DNA from: Carcharhinus amblyrhynchos
Lineage: Eukaryota
Direction of reading: 5' to 3'
Length of the DNA: 64,000 nucleotides
Assembly: GCA_965287045.1 (NCBI GenBank)
Contig: OZ336888.1
Span: 30,132,001 to 30,196,000, forward strand
Shown piece by piece: positions 60,897 to 64,000 of this stretch. Both the position numbers and the translations under genes were made by a program. Positions within the stretch are counted from its first letter, which is position 1, and each line of letters begins with the position of its first letter. Under the pieces are notes generated by a model, which did no database searches, was not told where the DNA came from, and worked only from the letters and a program-made list of their open reading frames with translations.

Positions 60897-63268
60897 CATA
60901 GAACATAGAACAGTACAGCACAGAACTGGCCCTTTGGCCCTTGATGTTGTGCCAAGCTAAGTCCAAACCCAAGATCAAGCTATCCCACTTCCAATCATTC
61001 TGGTGTGTTCCATGTGCCTATCCAATAACCGCTTGAAATTTCCTAAAATGTCCGATTCTACTATCACAGCAGGCAGTCCATTCCACACCCCAACCACTCT
61101 CTGAGTAAAGAATCTACCTCAGACATCCCTCCTCTATCTCCCACCAGTAACAGATACATCCACCTGAGGAAATAGTCTCTGAATGTCCACTCTATCGATC
61201 CCCCTCATGATCTTATAAATTTCTATTGAGTCACCTCTCATCCTCTTCCGCTCTAAAGAGAAAAGCCCCAGCTCCCTCAACCTTTCTTCATAAGACATAT
61301 CCTCCAAACCAGGCTGCATCCTGGTAAATCTCCTCTGCACTTTCTCCAATGCTTCCACATCCTCCTTATAGTGAGGTGACCAGAACTGCACACAATATTC
61401 CAAATGTGGTCTCACCAAGGTCCTGTATAATAGTTGCAGCATAACCCCACGACTCTTACTCAAACCTTCTGTTAACAAACGCTAACACAGTATAAGCCTT
61501 CTTCACGGCTCTATCCACTTGAGTGCTAACCTTCAGAGATCTGTGGATATGAACCCCAAGATCTCTCTGTTCCTCCACATTCCTCAGAATCCTGCCATTG
61601 TCAATGATAAAAATTCCAAATAGCAGAGGACCCAGCACTGATCCCTGTGGTATACCACTGGTAAGTGGCCTCCAGTCTGAAAATTTTCCCTCCACCACCA
61701 CCCACTGACTTCTGTGAGATAGCCAGTTACTTATCCAAACAGCCAAATTTCCTTCTATCCCACACCTCCTGATTTTCTTCATGAGCCTACCATGGGGAAC
61801 CTTATCAAATGCCTTACTAAAATCCACGTATATAATATCAACTGCTCTACCTTCGTCTACACACTTGATTACCTCCTCAAAGAATTCAAATTTGTGAGGC
61901 AAGACCTACCCCTCACGAATCCGTGCTGACTATCCCGGATTAAGCTGCATCTTTCCAAATGGTCATAAATCCCAACCCTCAGGACCCTTTCCATTACTTT
62001 ACCGACCACCGAACTAAGACTAATTGGCCTATAATTACCAGGATCATTCCTATTTCCTTTCTTGAAAAGAGGAACAACATTTGCCACTCTCTACTCTCTG
62101 ACACAATCCCCGTGGACAGTGAAGACCCAAAGATCAAAGCTAAAGGCTCCGCAATCTCATCCCTTGCCTCCCAAAGTATCCTAGAATGTATCCCATCTGG
62201 CCCAGGGGACTTATCAACCCTCAGGTTTTTCAAACATCTACCTCCTCCATCCTATCAGTCTGTATCACACTCTCATCCTCAAAAACATGGTCCCTCTCCT
62301 TAGTGAACACTGAAGAAAAGTATTCATTCAATGCCTCACCTATCTCTTCTGACTCCATGCACAAGTTCCCACTACTATCCTTGACTGACCCTAACCTCAC
62401 ATTGGTCATTCTTTTATTTCTCATGTAAGAGTAAAAAGCCTTGGGGTTTTCCTTTATCCAACCCACCAAGGACTTCTCATGCTCCCTCCTCGCTCTCCTA
62501 AGCTCTTTTTTTAACTCATTCCTAGCTACCTCGTAACCCTCAAGCGACCCAAATGAACCTTGTTTTTTCTTCCTTACGTACATTTCCCTTTTCCTCTTGA
62601 CAAGACATTCAACCTCCTTTGTGAACCATGGTTCCCTTAGTTGGCCATTTCCTCCCTGCCTGACAGGGACATACCTATCAAGGACACACAGTATTTGTTC
62701 CTTACCTGACAGTTTCTGTTCCCATATTATGCTCCCTAATTCTTGCCTAATTGCATCATAATTACCCCTGCCCCAATTAAAAAACTTTCCCTGCCATGTG
62801 ACCCTATCCCTCTCCATTGCAATAATGAAGGACACCAAATTGTTGTCACTATCTCCGAAGTGCTCTCCCACAAACAAATCTAGCACTTGGCCCAGTTCAT
62901 TACCCAGTACTAAGTCCAATGTAGCCCCACCTCTTGTAGGCTTATCCACATATTGTGAAAAGAAACCCTCCTGCACGCACTGTACAAAAAGTGCCCCATC
63001 TGATCTATTCGACCTATAAAGGTTCCAATCAATATTTGGAAAGTTAAAGTCACCCATGATAACTACGCTGTGACCTCCATACCTATCCATAATCTGCTTT
63101 GCCATGTCCTCCTCCACATCTCTATTACTATTTGGGGGCCTATAGAAAACTCCTAACAACGTGACCGCTCCTTTCCTATTTCTAACTTCAGCCCATATTA
63201 CCTCAGTAGGCAGATCCCCCTCGAAATGCCTTTCAGCAGCCGTTAAACAATCCTTGATTAACAATGCA
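60897..63268 (-). mobile_element. CR1 LINE ORF2 (APE endonuclease to RT and 3' UTR), frameshifted with internal deletions
   Basis: [66 protein letters not shown], (catagaa)n tail. Confidence 0.95.
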
Positions 63269-63356
63269 TGTTGCCATTGGTTACATTGTAACAGATTCCC
63301 CTTTCTCTTTCTTCAAATTAACTTTATGTAATCATCCTCCAGTATCTCAACAATTT

Positions 63357-64000
63357 AAGAACATAAGAACATAAGAAATAGGAGCAGGAGTAGGCCATCT
63401 AGCCCTTCGAGCCTGCCCCGCCATTCAATAAGATCATGGCTGATCTGAAGTGGCTCAGTTCCACTTTCCCGCCTTCTCCCCATAACCCTTAATCCCCTTG
63501 CCTATCAAAAACCTATCTACCCACGTCTTAAATATATTTAGCGAAGCAGCCTCCACCACTTCAACAGGCAGAGAATTCCAGAGATTCACCACCCTCTGAG
63601 TAAAGAAGTTCCTCCTCAACTCCGTTCTAAACTGCCCCCCCCCTTATCTTGAGGCTGTGCCCTCTAGTCCTACTGTCCTTTCTGAGCAGGAAGAACCTCT
63701 CCACCTCTACCCTATCCATCCCATTCATCATCTTGAACGTCTCAATGAGATCTCCCCTCATCCTTCTAAACTCTAACGAGTACAAGCCTAGTTTATTCAG
63801 CCTCTCCCCATAGCTCAACCCCCTCAACTCCGGTATCAGCCTAGTGAAACTCCTCTGCACTCCCTCCAAGGCCAAAATATCCTTGCGCAAGTGCGGCGAC
63901 CAAAACTGCACGCAGTACTCCAGCTGTGGCCTCACCAGTGCCCTGTACAGTTGCAGCAAGACCTCCCTGCTTTTATATTCAATCCCCCTCGCTATGAAGG
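63357..64000 (-). mobile_element. Young CR1 LINE 3' end, runs off the window
   Basis: LQLYRALVRPQLEYCVQFWSPHLRKD..LYSLEFRRMRGDLIETFK, (ttcttatg)n tail, CpG retained. Confidence 0.93.

Noticed and set aside
54026-64000. FBXL13 first exons or promoter
   Set aside because: No splice-consistent coding exon or CpG island recognised; probably beyond the window, though a small exon could be missed
1-64000. Nested opposite-strand LRRC17, which lies in an FBXL13 intron in human
   Set aside because: No plus-strand LRR-coding exon seen; it may lie further 3' in the gene, left of the window

Overview
Eukaryotic, repeat-rich genomic DNA, most likely from a shark or other elasmobranch (many HE1-type tRNA-derived SINEs and CR1 LINEs). 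The window lies inside one minus-strand gene. I reconstructed seven clear GT-AG coding exons plus a probable 30-nt microexon. They splice in frame into the N-terminal region, F-box and first LRR of FBXL13 (DRC6): ...TKERHLELNW/DMFITDEFKQRMAKTIGSYLSYLFDLESGEV/LAPELYERAYFFHSYSLLRKCFC/GWQLY...KRRQAL/AVKHLQ...EYFE/RLERG...LPWPAALK/VFSYLDVRDLVRCAQVCQFWKVVAQTSSLWSK/VNFFPVRK...TFKSI. The start of the gene and the remaining LRR exons were not found in the window. Introns are filled with decayed CR1, RTE, Rex1, Tx1, Penelope-like (PLE), Gypsy, hAT and Harbinger elements. Most notable are (i) a PLE family forming TSD-flanked foldback insertions with minimal hammerhead ribozymes on both strands, including an 84-bp collapsed copy, and (ii) three Sfi1-type centrin-binding consensus repeats in the FBXL13 N-terminus. 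All calls are by eye, and repeat boundaries are approximate.
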